From the sequence record MK250025.1: a stretch of 40,000 nt of DNA; one strand, given 5' to 3'. The translations under genes and the position numbers were made by a program. Position 1 is the stretch's first letter. Each line of letters begins with the position of its first letter. Shown piece by piece: positions 9,264 to 19,064 of the stretch. The notes beneath the pieces were generated by a model, which ran no database searches, was not told the origin of the DNA, and saw only the letters and a program-made list of their open reading frames with translations. This DNA is from Prevotella phage Lak-B6.

Positions 9264-10320
9264 CAAACACTTTATTCTAAATTTATTATATTTACATCTT
9301 ATTTAAAGATGTCCCTCATGTTGTTATTTGTACGAACATAAGTTTCTGCCTCTTATGATTCACTTTAACGTTTGCCCGTTATATAATGAATGTTCATACT
9401 GAACTTCGTTATGTCCATAAGGACAAATGGCTGAGAACTTGACCAACACCGACTCTCAATGCTGTAACGTTGGAGTTACATGTTCACACAACTCTTATTT
9501 CTAAGAGGTTGAGAGCATACCCACGACTTTTGTAAAAAATCGTAAACTCTTACTTGATAGGTTTCATAGAAATTCATTTCATACCAACTTCCTTGGAAGG
9601 ATTCAATGTGTCCCCACATTTAGCACGATACTACTCTTACTATTCTCATGTCTTTCCTTGCGGTACTCGAATCATGTCTACATATTACAGTAGAATAAGG
9701 GTATTTTAACCACCAAGTGTCGCACACTTTTGCTTATACATAATTATATGTTAAATAAAATAATTTCCAATATTATTATTCTTATTATATATTCTTTAGA
9801 CTTGAAAGACGAGGTGCGACCAATAGCATTTCTTCCTTTTGAGAAGAACCCACTAAATCGCCTTTCTGAAATTTCGTTACACCAATGTAACCATATTTCT
9901 ACTCTTATAACTTACCTATTGTTTTTCAATAGTAATCTTACCATTTCTGAAACAAGTTACCAGCTTGTATAAATTATTTGGTTTATAATTTATATAAGAT
10001 TCATTATAACAATTAATATTAGCACTGGGAATTGGTATTCCGATCACTAAATATCCATAAACTTAAACTCCTATTGTATTACTACTCACATCAGTTGTCT
10101 ATCAAACTTCCAATGTATATAAACTTCATCTCAGGAATTATCCCATCAATTTCCCATTTATACAGGCACTTACTAAGTTTGGTTTTCTGTAGAATGCTCA
10201 TTATTCATAAACATCGATAAACATGTCTACTGTTTACCTTTATCACATCACTGCTTTATCCTTACCCCACCGAAACCATGGGTTTATATTTCAAAGAACT
10301 CATCTTGAATAAAATAAATT
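9229..10320 (-). ncRNA. Candidate large structured non-coding RNA (island 2; 5' end approximate)
   Basis: About 1.1 kb with no convincing ORF under either code; locally near 45-50% GC against about 25% around it; many hairpins (9412-9425, 9492-9507, 9588-9599, 9876-9891, 9916-9932); ends in an intrinsic terminator. Confidence 0.6.
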
Positions 10321-10509
10321 CATTCAAATTTTATACTTATTATATAATCAATAATTTAAAAAGTCTATATTTTAATAGATATATTTCAAAATTTTTATTG
10401 TTAACTGTTATTAAAAATATTAAATATTAAAATCTTTTTAAACTTGATTCTAAATTTATATATTAAATTAAATAGAAAGTCTATATTTCAATACAATATT
10501 TTTAAAAAA

Positions 10510-10686
10510 TTATTTTAAACAATATTCTAAATCAAATATAAAGTCGCCTAATAGTTCAATCTTTTTCCTAATAAGTTCTGATTCTAAATCAAATTTATGA
10601 TCTATACAAAAATTTAATTCAATATATAACTTATCTCTATTAGATTTCCATTTATCTATTAATTCTTTCTTTGTTAATTTTTCCAT
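10510..10686 (-). CDS. Small hypothetical protein
   Basis: 58 aa ORF MEKLTKKELIDKWKSNRDKLYIELNFCIDHKFDLESELIRKKIELLGDFIFDLEYCLK, directly after the upstream gene. Confidence 0.5.
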   Translation of the reverse strand: MEKLTKKELIDKWKSNRDKLYIELNFCIDHKFDLESELIRKKIELLGDFIFDLEYCLK

Positions 10687-10687
10687 C

Positions 10688-11212
10688 TTAAAAATTCATT
10701 ATATTTACACCAGCAATAGAAAGAAATTTTATATTCTTAATAATTTCACATGCTTTATCTTCTGGAAATATAATTTTAAAATCATCATAAACATCCATCA
10801 CTTCTTGCCATTTACATTCATCTCTTGGTGCTTCCATAGAAGTATATATTTTAGCAATAAGCATTCTTTTTTTAAATTGATTATAAAACGTACTTCTTGG
10901 ATACATCCCATGTTCATATCCTCCATTTGGATGATGTCCCATCCAATCAGGTTCAATATAATGACTCCATTTTACTCCTTCAAAATATAAAGTCTTATCT
11001 GGTTTTACACTAATAGAAATACTTTTATTTTTATCTTTTTGATATTCTATAAATTCAAGAAAATTATTTAATGCATCAAGATATTTCTCTGCATATTCTG
11101 CTTCTTCTTTTTTATCAAAAATATAACTAAAACCAAAAGTATTATCTACAACTTCATATTTTACTTTTGTCTCAATCTTATTAATCATATTATTATTTTT
11201 ATAATTAATCAT
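10688..11212 (-). CDS. Hypothetical protein (start corrected inward)
   Basis: MINYKNNNMINKIETKV...; start overlaps the stop of the 11205..11357 peptide. Confidence 0.65.
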   Translation of the reverse strand: MINYKNNNMINKIETKVKYEVVDNTFGFSYIFDKKEEAEYAEKYLDALNNFLEFIEYQKDKNKSISISVKPDKTLYFEGVKWSHYIEPDWMGHHPNGGYEHGMYPRSTFYNQFKKRMLIAKIYTSMEAPRDECKWQEVMDVYDDFKIIFPEDKACEIIKNIKFLSIAGVNIMNF

Positions 11213-11357
11213 TTTCTCCCCATGGTAATTCACTATCTGGATCTATTACATCACCACCATGATTACCATCTACATTAAAACCTGATTGAAAATTACTCAT
11301 AATATTCATGTCAACAGGAATAACATTAATATTTGGTTTTATATAATTCTTTTTCAT
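11205..11357 (-). CDS. Bacteroidales-type small YIKP peptide
   Basis: 50 aa MKKNYIKPNINVIPVDMNIMSNFQSGFNVDGNHGGDVIDPDSELPWGEND; resembles small MKK-Y-I-KP... peptides common in Bacteroidales genomes. Confidence 0.55.
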   Translation of the reverse strand: MKKNYIKPNINVIPVDMNIMSNFQSGFNVDGNHGGDVIDPDSELPWGEND

Positions 11358-11400
11358 ATTAAAATTCTTCAACTCGTTATTCAAATAATGTTTTCTAAAA

Positions 11401-11679
11401 TTATTTAACTGTTACTTTAATTTTAGATTCTGTTACCTTTCCATTAACTACAGTATTTATAGTATCAATAGAAATAGAATCCAAACTCTTAATGAATACA
11501 TTAGGAATTTTTTCTATAGTAATTAAACTATCTCTATATTGAATAGAATCTTTACTCAAATTAATTGTATCATGTATAGGTTCTTGATTCAAACTAGGAA
11601 TATGTTTATTAATCCAAAAATATTGAACAGCAATACCAATAATAATTCCAATAATAAATGTCCAAAAAATATGTTTCAT
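11401..11679 (-). CDS. Small protein with N-terminal transmembrane segment
   Basis: 92 aa ORF, MKHIFWTFIIGIIIGIAVQYFWI. Confidence 0.55.
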   Translation of the reverse strand: MKHIFWTFIIGIIIGIAVQYFWINKHIPSLNQEPIHDTINLSKDSIQYRDSLITIEKIPNVFIKSLDSISIDTINTVVNGKVTESKIKVTVK

Positions 11680-11703
11680 TTTTCTATATTATTTAAAATA
11701 AAA

Positions 11704-11910
11704 TTAAACTTTTAAATTAACTAAATCTTTATACTTTATTTCTTTATACTTTGTTTTATTAATAGATATAAAAATAGGCTTATCAGTATAACTTTTATAA
11801 TAATTTAACGATTCGTCTTTACTAATAAACCACTTTGTTTCTTTATCTAAAATTTTTCCAGATAAACTTCTTCCTAATCCTATCCGAATAATAATATTAT
11901 TTTTCAACAT
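11704..11910 (-). CDS. Hypothetical protein
   Basis: 68 aa ORF in array. Confidence 0.5.
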   Translation of the reverse strand: MLKNNIIIRIGLGRSLSGKILDKETKWFISKDESLNYYKSYTDKPIFISINKTKYKEIKYKDLVNLKV

Positions 11911-12405
11911 AATTAAAAATAATTTTTCAAAAAGAAATTTATAAATTAATTAAAAAATTGATCCTACAATATTTATCTCTCTAAAAAACTATGTTCAAAA
12001 AGAAAGTAACCAAAGAAAAAAGAAATCTTCATCAAGAGTATAAGATGAATTAATAATTAAATTTTTAAATAATTTATATATAGATCTATCACATCCTTAA
12101 ATACTAACATATTTATTATACTCAAGTTTCTAGAAAAAGCCTACATTTTTCTTAATAATTTTTAAAAATTATTAAAAAATAATTCATAATGTATTGATAA
12201 TCAATATACATTTTAACTTAATTTATACAAATTCTAAATAAAATAAAAATTCATACTTAATTTATTAAAAAACTAAATATGAATTTTTAACTTTCACTTT
12301 AAATATCTTAGATTCTCAAAATACCAGTATTTATTTTACTTACTTTTGAAGAAAAAGTTTACATTTTTAAGAAATATTTTTAATAAATTTATAATTTGTT
12401 GTAAA

Positions 12406-13128
12406 TCAATTCTTTAACTTATTTACTGTATTATTAAATACATTATTAAACTCTTCTTCTGTTATATAAGACATCTTTTCATCTAAACGTTCATCCAATA
12501 CGTCTTTAATATCGACTGATTCTCTTTTAATCATGAAATAATCAGTTCCGTCTAACCATGATTTTACTAATACTCTTGTAATATCTAAATTACCTTGATA
12601 ATCTTTATCTATACCATGAATCTTTACATACTCATATACAGGTATAAATTTATCTGATATTTTTTCATCTTTTTCTTTATCAGATAAATTTTGTGTTTCT
12701 AAATCATCAATGAATTTAGTGAATAATGTTTTATTAAATTCTATACGAGTTGTTCTGTTCTTTAAATATGATACAGGTAAAATAGGCACTTCTGTTGTAA
12801 TGGGGAAATCATCACTTAAAGGACATATTTGTTCTACAACCCAAACGATATATTCATTATTAACATTGAATTTATTTAGATTATATGTTTGTCGTTTATC
12901 ATGACTTAAATTCCACACTTTATCAGAATAAGGAATGACTGCAATATATGTTTCATTAAAAATATCTTTTCCTAATTGTTCAGATGTAACTTTACATTTA
13001 TTTGATTCATCATCTCTATGATAATTGATACAATATAATTTTACTCCATCAGGAATTAAGATTTTATTTTCACATGATTCATACGCAAATCTCCAAATCT
13101 TATATTCTTTATATTTTGCTTTACTCAT
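12406..13128 (-). CDS. Hypothetical protein
   Basis: 240 aa ORF, TGA stop. Confidence 0.75.
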   Translation of the reverse strand: MSKAKYKEYKIWRFAYESCENKILIPDGVKLYCINYHRDDESNKCKVTSEQLGKDIFNETYIAVIPYSDKVWNLSHDKRQTYNLNKFNVNNEYIVWVVEQICPLSDDFPITTEVPILPVSYLKNRTTRIEFNKTLFTKFIDDLETQNLSDKEKDEKISDKFIPVYEYVKIHGIDKDYQGNLDITRVLVKSWLDGTDYFMIKRESVDIKDVLDERLDEKMSYITEEEFNNVFNNTVNKLKN

Positions 13129-13145
13129 TATTTACTTATATTATT

Positions 13146-13454
13146 TTATCTTCCTATACAATCATCATCTCCCCATCGGTTTTTAATTACTAATCCATTA
13201 TCATCTATAAAACAATTACATTTCATTCCAAGTTGAATATATAATGATTTTTCATAATTTATTGTTATAGGAAGTTCACCATATATAGTGTATGTGTTAT
13301 CTTTATTCATAATACATATATTACCATATGTTTCAGGATATTTTGGATATGATCTATTGCGTTCTGCAAAAGCAATATTTAATTTTAAGATATGAATTTT
13401 TATATAATTTGGTATTTCATCCATATCTTTTTGTTGAATAGTTTCGTTTTTCAT
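13146..13454 (-). CDS. Hypothetical protein
   Basis: 102 aa ORF in array. Confidence 0.65.
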   Translation of the reverse strand: MKNETIQQKDMDEIPNYIKIHILKLNIAFAERNRSYPKYPETYGNICIMNKDNTYTIYGELPITINYEKSLYIQLGMKCNCFIDDNGLVIKNRWGDDDCIGR

Positions 13455-13469
13455 ATATTTAAAATAAAA

Positions 13470-13528
13470 CTTAAGAAAAACTTAAGAAAATGATTAAATT
13501 CTCTATGTTTTTCTTAAGTTTTTCTAAG
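13470..13528. terminator. Long intergenic hairpin, possible terminator
   Basis: 21-nt arms 13470-13490 / 13508-13528 (CTTAAGAAAAACTTAAGAAAA / TTTTTCTTAAGTTTTTCTAAG) with one mismatch; each arm also contains CTTAAG. Confidence 0.5.
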
Positions 13529-13608
13529 AAATTTTGATGTATTTTTCAAACGAGTATACTCCTACTGTAAATTCAAAAATACTCGTTTTAGATACTTAAA
13601 ACAGTACA

Positions 13609-14259
13609 TTATTTTTGATTAACACTTGAGTTATATTCAGCTCTAACTTTCTCAATTGCATCACACATATTTACAGACTTTCCTGTATTCTTATTAATCG
13701 TATTACAATCATCTTCTGGATCACCGACAAGTTCTTTGTATACTTCATATGCCTCTGGAAATTCATCCTTCAACTTATTAACAGTAGTAATATTATTCAA
13801 TACACAAAGAACAGACTTTCCCCATTTTGCAATATCAAACATTTTCATAAGAATCTGTTTGCATTCATTAAACAAATCAGGATGATTACTCTTAAGATAT
13901 TTAAGAACATTCTCTGAATTATATCCTGAATTCTTTGTATCATTAAACATCTTTAAAAATACATTATGAATTTCAAAATCAGGATAATAAAAGCAATTCA
14001 AGCATTCACAACGTTTTGGCTCTTCTCCTTTCTCAAAGAAATAATGTCCATAAATGCGAACAGTATTCATATCCATAAATTTTTCGTGGTCCTTAATAAA
14101 ATCACGAACATCCTTTGGTACTTGATTAAACAAAAATCTAGAAATCTCTTCAGACTTCTCCTTAATTTGTGGAGTAATTTCCTTTGCACAACGATTACGA
14201 TACATGCGATTTGCAATATGTTCTCTTACTTCTTTAGTTAACTTCTTATATGCTACCAT
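13609..14259 (-). CDS. Hypothetical protein
   Basis: 216 aa ORF with a CxxC (CECLNCF). Confidence 0.75.
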   Translation of the reverse strand: MVAYKKLTKEVREHIANRMYRNRCAKEITPQIKEKSEEISRFLFNQVPKDVRDFIKDHEKFMDMNTVRIYGHYFFEKGEEPKRCECLNCFYYPDFEIHNVFLKMFNDTKNSGYNSENVLKYLKSNHPDLFNECKQILMKMFDIAKWGKSVLCVLNNITTVNKLKDEFPEAYEVYKELVGDPEDDCNTINKNTGKSVNMCDAIEKVRAEYNSSVNQK

Positions 14260-14291
14260 TTTTTACTAATAATTAAAATGTTAAATATATT

Positions 14292-14849
14292 TTATTTTTT
14301 TCTCTTTACTTTAGTATATGGATCATTCCATACGCCTTCAATAATCAATTTACCATGTGGAATATTAAATTTTGTTTCAATATCCTCTATAGTTACCGTA
14401 TATTTTTTTGAATTCTCTTTATCTGAATTAATCTTATTTCTTAATTCTTTTTCTTTTTGCTTACGATATTCATTGCATTCAATAGGATTATCAAATAATG
14501 CAATATCCCATTTATTAGGATTAACATTCCGAGATACCTGATGAATACCTAAATTATAAGGGATCATAGATTTTACTTTTGTATATGATAATTTATTTTC
14601 ACGAACAATTTTATCTATTAATGATTCTACTGCAGGTGAATATGGAGTAAAGAAAGCATACTTATTTTTATGTTCATCTAATTTTACAATTACAGGAACA
14701 ATAAAATTAAAAGATACTTTCCCCTTATTCAATATAATAGGGCATGCCCATATTAACTTATTAAAATCTTTACTTAAAAAATCAACATAAGGTGTAAAAT
14801 CATTAGGCATCAATAAGTTATCTAATGATTTAATATTAATAATTCTCAT
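14292..14849 (-). CDS. Hypothetical protein
   Basis: 185 aa ORF. Confidence 0.7.
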   Translation of the reverse strand: MRIINIKSLDNLLMPNDFTPYVDFLSKDFNKLIWACPIILNKGKVSFNFIVPVIVKLDEHKNKYAFFTPYSPAVESLIDKIVRENKLSYTKVKSMIPYNLGIHQVSRNVNPNKWDIALFDNPIECNEYRKQKEKELRNKINSDKENSKKYTVTIEDIETKFNIPHGKLIIEGVWNDPYTKVKRKK

Positions 14850-14918
14850 ATTTTCTTATTTTGTTAAAATAATATAAACATTTTTAGTATATTTTAATAT
14901 AATAATTGTTAACTGTTA

Positions 14919-15608
14919 TTAATATAAATCTCGATGAAGAGATGAATCAAATAAACAATTCATAGATTCATATGAATCAACAATTATAAGTTCATCTGGT
15001 TTAATACCTAATAAATTTGTAATATCTGTAATTGTATATACATGATGTCCATCTGTTTGTTTCTTTAACATTTTATAGTAATTCTCAAATGCTTTACGAT
15101 AACCTTCAGCATCTTCGTATGTAGCAAAAATTTTTGCATTCTTTGCAGAATTCTCTAAAAATGTTAATTTTGATTCATTATCTTTTTCATATACATTCAA
15201 TGTAATCCAATCATAACGAACATTAAAAGTTAAATCGATCTTTTTCTTATTAAGTTCCTTTGCGGATATTGAAGTGATACCTAAGGTTGTACTAAATTTA
15301 TTAATAAGATTATATGTACTAATTCCTATAAGTGAGTAATTTTCACGATTGAGATATACAGAATGATCAATATTATTCTTACGAATAAATGCAGGAATAA
15401 TTTTATTGTTATAAATTCTATCATTCCTATATTGAATAGTACAAACCCATACAATACGATATGGAATATTACAAGTAACTGGATTATTCATTACTTTCTT
15501 AATATTCTCATCTGATGTGATATAATTGTCAAGTTCTTTTGTTGTATCAATAAAGAACTTATTATATGAATTTAATTCATCACGCAATTCATTTAAAGAC
15601 TTTTTCAT
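14919..15608 (-). CDS. Hypothetical protein
   Basis: 229 aa ORF with promoter box upstream. Confidence 0.7.
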   Translation of the reverse strand: MKKSLNELRDELNSYNKFFIDTTKELDNYITSDENIKKVMNNPVTCNIPYRIVWVCTIQYRNDRIYNNKIIPAFIRKNNIDHSVYLNRENYSLIGISTYNLINKFSTTLGITSISAKELNKKKIDLTFNVRYDWITLNVYEKDNESKLTFLENSAKNAKIFATYEDAEGYRKAFENYYKMLKKQTDGHHVYTITDITNLLGIKPDELIIVDSYESMNCLFDSSLHRDLY

Positions 15609-15636
15609 TATCTATTGTTTTTTAATTATTCATTAT

Positions 15637-15649
15637 TACAAAGATACAT
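15637..15649 (-). promoter_or_regulatory. Bacteroidetes-like -7 box
   Basis: TACAAAGATACAT upstream of 14919..15608. Confidence 0.6.
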
Positions 15650-15722
15650 AAATTATATGTAAAATAAAAAAGTCTGACTAAATATTTCTATTTAATCAGA
15701 CATTATTAACAATATTTAATTT

Positions 15723-16889
15723 TTATGCATATAAATATATTTTTTTCATTTCTTTACCAGAAGGTGTTGTAAATGTTATAACTGCATATTTTCTTTCAAA
15801 TCCATCCCATTCGCATTCCATATCTTCACCTCTGCCATTATAACGGTCCGCATCATCAAGGTCTCGTTTTAAATCAAGCTTTGCTTTCCAATTAGGCTTC
15901 TTTGTTGATTGAATTGATTTTTTATATTCAATACATTTTTTTGGATTATGTGCAAGCAATCTTAAATCAAACCTATCAAATATGCGAGATCGTTTTCCTG
16001 ACACTCTTTCATCTGAAATATTCATTATATCTAATGGTTTACATTTCAATGTATTCTGAATATATTTATTCAATGATAGGAATTCTTTACATGGTTTAGA
16101 AATATACTTAATGGAATCAACCCATGGTTTATCATCATTATTACTTAGCCAACTACTATATGGTTTATGAATACCATCAATACGTGTGTAGTTAGGTAAA
16201 TCTATTTTATACAATTTATATGTATAAATATCTTCCATTAATCCATCAATATCACCATTTGGATAATATTTTTCTAATATATTTTCATTATCATAATAAA
16301 AATTATTAATATTAATATCGATAATAGGAAACTTTTCAGTTTTTTTATTTGCTATATATTTCTTTAATAGTTTTGAAATAACTTCTTGCTTATTATTTGA
16401 TGATGATGAAGTATTTCTTGAAGATGATGTACCTCTTAATGTTCCAGATAATACACGTTCACTTGCATTTACACCAAACTCTTGTAATGTAATATTTGAA
16501 CCAATAAGTTTATTAATCCATCTAACAATTTCATTCGCTGATATAGGATTTACTCTAAATACTTTTGTAAATGCTTCTATTGTAGCATCTGTACGCTTTG
16601 GTATTTTTGCTTCTGTTTCACCTACAAATGTATAAATCAATTTTGGATTTCCAAAAGACATAAGCTTACATTTTCTTCCTTGTTTAATAATACGAAGAAC
16701 ATAAGATTGATTTGTTGGTGTATATACCATATACAAATAATATACAGGATAACCTGTGGTTCCATTTGATTTTAATTTTACAAGATTACATCTATAATAT
16801 GCTCCATCAGCAGAAGCAATATTTTCAAATGCAAATTTAACTGCTTGCTTTTCTGTTGTATCTAAAGATTCAAATAATTTATTAATCAT
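15723..16889 (-). CDS. Hypothetical protein with LFES leader
   Basis: 388 aa ORF starting MINKLFESLDTTEKQ. Confidence 0.75.
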   Translation of the reverse strand: MINKLFESLDTTEKQAVKFAFENIASADGAYYRCNLVKLKSNGTTGYPVYYLYMVYTPTNQSYVLRIIKQGRKCKLMSFGNPKLIYTFVGETEAKIPKRTDATIEAFTKVFRVNPISANEIVRWINKLIGSNITLQEFGVNASERVLSGTLRGTSSSRNTSSSSNNKQEVISKLLKKYIANKKTEKFPIIDININNFYYDNENILEKYYPNGDIDGLMEDIYTYKLYKIDLPNYTRIDGIHKPYSSWLSNNDDKPWVDSIKYISKPCKEFLSLNKYIQNTLKCKPLDIMNISDERVSGKRSRIFDRFDLRLLAHNPKKCIEYKKSIQSTKKPNWKAKLDLKRDLDDADRYNGRGEDMECEWDGFERKYAVITFTTPSGKEMKKIYLYA

Positions 16890-16940
16890 TATATTATTAA
16901 AATTATTTAAGTTTAATATAATATATTTATATCTAATTAA

Positions 16941-18101
16941 TTACCATCTATGATAACGTTTTCTATATGAATAATTACCAGATGGATTATTTTCTGTATA
17001 ATCATTTGTAATTACCCAATATGAAATTCCAACATTATATAGTAACATAATAATAAGAATAGCAATATACCATCCTGTACTTAATTCTATATTAATATAA
17101 TTAAAATCAGAAAATTCTTTCCTATTCCAATTTGTATCAATTTGTGTATCTAACCATTCAGCATATTCTTTAAAATTAATGGTAGGATGATTAATGAAAT
17201 AATCACGTGTTTTTACTTCAAGCAAAGGTTTATCACACCATGAAAATGGATTACACCAAATAATTTTATTATTCTTTATACCAAGACATACAATAAACTC
17301 GTTCTTATTTCCACCTTGCCAATATGCCTTTTGCATTTCTGATATTTCTATGTTAGATGTATTGTAACAACATATCAATACATGAATTTGATTCTTTGGA
17401 CCTCTGTAGCCATTCAAATACCTAACAGCGTCAATATCAGATTCATTTGCGTTATATCCAATTATTGGATTCTGATCATATAACTTAGTTTCAGGATATT
17501 CATATAAACCATTTTCTTTTGCATCTTCTTTACTTATATTAGAATATTTAAAGATAGAATATGAAGATGCTTTTACTTTATTCTGATACATATGTGTCCA
17601 TGTTACAGGATATGAATTCTCTCTTGTTCTATTCCAATATGTAATATATGCATCTCCATCTTCTAAATGATAATTTCTATGCATATCTTTAAATACTGGT
17701 TGCGTATTTAATTTTTTACATATATACTGATAATCTTTTTTAGATATTGATTCTTTATCTCCATGTATTGTTTCATAAATATATTCAGCAGGATGGTATC
17801 TTCGTTCAGGTACTGTATATGTTACGGTTCGTGTTTTACCGTTACCACATGAAACAGTTCTAGTATGTGTTACCATAACTATTTCATCCCATGGTTCATA
17901 ATATGTTACTTTACTTATTAAATCACTTAAATATTCTGTGTCTAATGATGATATATATACAAATGAATATTTAAGGCCAAGAAATAATAATAATGATGGT
18001 ACAGCTACAATAAAATATTCCCATATTGCAGTTTGCTTACGAAATTTCCATGCTAATATTATTATTGTAATAATAGGTATTAAAAAAATTATTATTTCCA
18101 T
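16941..18101 (-). CDS. Membrane protein with N- and C-terminal transmembrane segments
   Basis: 386 aa ORF with hydrophobic segments at both ends and a large soluble middle region. Confidence 0.75.
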   Translation of the reverse strand: MEIIIFLIPIITIIILAWKFRKQTAIWEYFIVAVPSLLLFLGLKYSFVYISSLDTEYLSDLISKVTYYEPWDEIVMVTHTRTVSCGNGKTRTVTYTVPERRYHPAEYIYETIHGDKESISKKDYQYICKKLNTQPVFKDMHRNYHLEDGDAYITYWNRTRENSYPVTWTHMYQNKVKASSYSIFKYSNISKEDAKENGLYEYPETKLYDQNPIIGYNANESDIDAVRYLNGYRGPKNQIHVLICCYNTSNIEISEMQKAYWQGGNKNEFIVCLGIKNNKIIWCNPFSWCDKPLLEVKTRDYFINHPTINFKEYAEWLDTQIDTNWNRKEFSDFNYINIELSTGWYIAILIIMLLYNVGISYWVITNDYTENNPSGNYSYRKRYHRW

Positions 18102-18135
18102 ATATTATTATTTTATTTAAAATTAAAAATTATGT

Positions 18136-18148
18136 TACAAAGATACAT
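18136..18148 (-). promoter_or_regulatory. Bacteroidetes-like -7 box
   Basis: TACAAAGATACAT upstream of 16941..18101. Confidence 0.6.
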
Positions 18149-18219
18149 ATAATTTATAAAATAAAAAATCTTATAGATAAAAACTAATTTACCTATAAGA
18201 TTTAAATAAGTGTTGTTAT

Positions 18220-18753
18220 TTAATAGATTCTTTTAAAGTTTTCATAAAAATCTTTCGCATGCTTTACAAAATACGGACCATCAGGACAATCATTATATAC
18301 TGCTTTATATAAAACTAAATCTTCATTTTTTCTCCAGTAATAATTTGGGTGTTCTAAATATTCATCATCAAAATATTCAGGATCTAAATCAATATCTTTA
18401 AATAATAGATGTTCTTGAACTAATTCATATTCTCTATGTTCAAAATCTTTTGCATTTTTATAGATATATCTTCCAATACCTTTATTCTCTATATTCCATT
18501 CTGTTTGATACCAATATTCACTTAAGCTTCTATCATGTTCATCAGGAAATTTATCTTGATTCATATATTCCTTATTAACATGAAGATAATGAAACGTATC
18601 TTGAACATATCCACCAAACCAACAAATTCCTAATATAAGTTCTTTTTGTGTATCATGAATTTCGACAACTCTCATACCTTGAGTCATTTTAGGAAATTCT
18701 TTACAACAATGAAATATATAATCTCCTTCTTTTATATCTTTTAGCTTTTTCAT
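18220..18753 (-). CDS. Hypothetical protein
   Basis: 177 aa ORF. Confidence 0.7.
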   Translation of the reverse strand: MKKLKDIKEGDYIFHCCKEFPKMTQGMRVVEIHDTQKELILGICWFGGYVQDTFHYLHVNKEYMNQDKFPDEHDRSLSEYWYQTEWNIENKGIGRYIYKNAKDFEHREYELVQEHLLFKDIDLDPEYFDDEYLEHPNYYWRKNEDLVLYKAVYNDCPDGPYFVKHAKDFYENFKRIY

Positions 18754-18897
18754 TTCTTTCTAATTAAGTTTTTAATTGTATAAAAATATAAAAATTTAGT
18801 TTATTAAATATTGTTAATTAAAATATTTTTATTAATTTTTTCCCCAATATTATTATGGTATTTTTTAATATAATAATTAAAATTATTATTTTTAACT

Positions 18898-19038
18898 ATG
18901 AATGAAACTAATGTGAAAGAACCTAAACGTATAAAGCAATATATAGATACACATATATGGTTAAGTTTTTGTAAATTATTAAAAGCTTATGTTTTAATAA
19001 GTAATAATTTATATATTTATTTGCTTTATAAAAATTAA
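18898..19038 (+). CDS. Possible small plus-strand protein
   Basis: 46 aa MNETNVKEPKRIKQYIDTHIWLSFCKLLKAYVLISNNLYIYLLYKN; fills an otherwise empty gap. Confidence 0.3.
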   Translation: MNETNVKEPKRIKQYIDTHIWLSFCKLLKAYVLISNNLYIYLLYKN

Positions 19039-19064
19039 AATTTTATGAACGCATACATAAATTG

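Noticed and set aside
9730-10220. Plus-strand ORFs of 80 and 62 aa (9730..9972, 10032..10220)
   Set aside because: Weak composition, lie within the hairpin-rich island and oppose the terminator-defined transcription direction.
3335-10320. Group I/II intron, RNase P, tmRNA or tRNA cluster
   Set aside because: I found no recognisable group II domain V, group I core, RNase P or tRNA cloverleaf signature by eye, and no neighbouring exon split. A covariance-model search is still needed.
13609-14259. Possible nucleotide-modification (Nmad-type) domain
   Set aside because: Only a vague resemblance; no motif I could defend from sequence alone.
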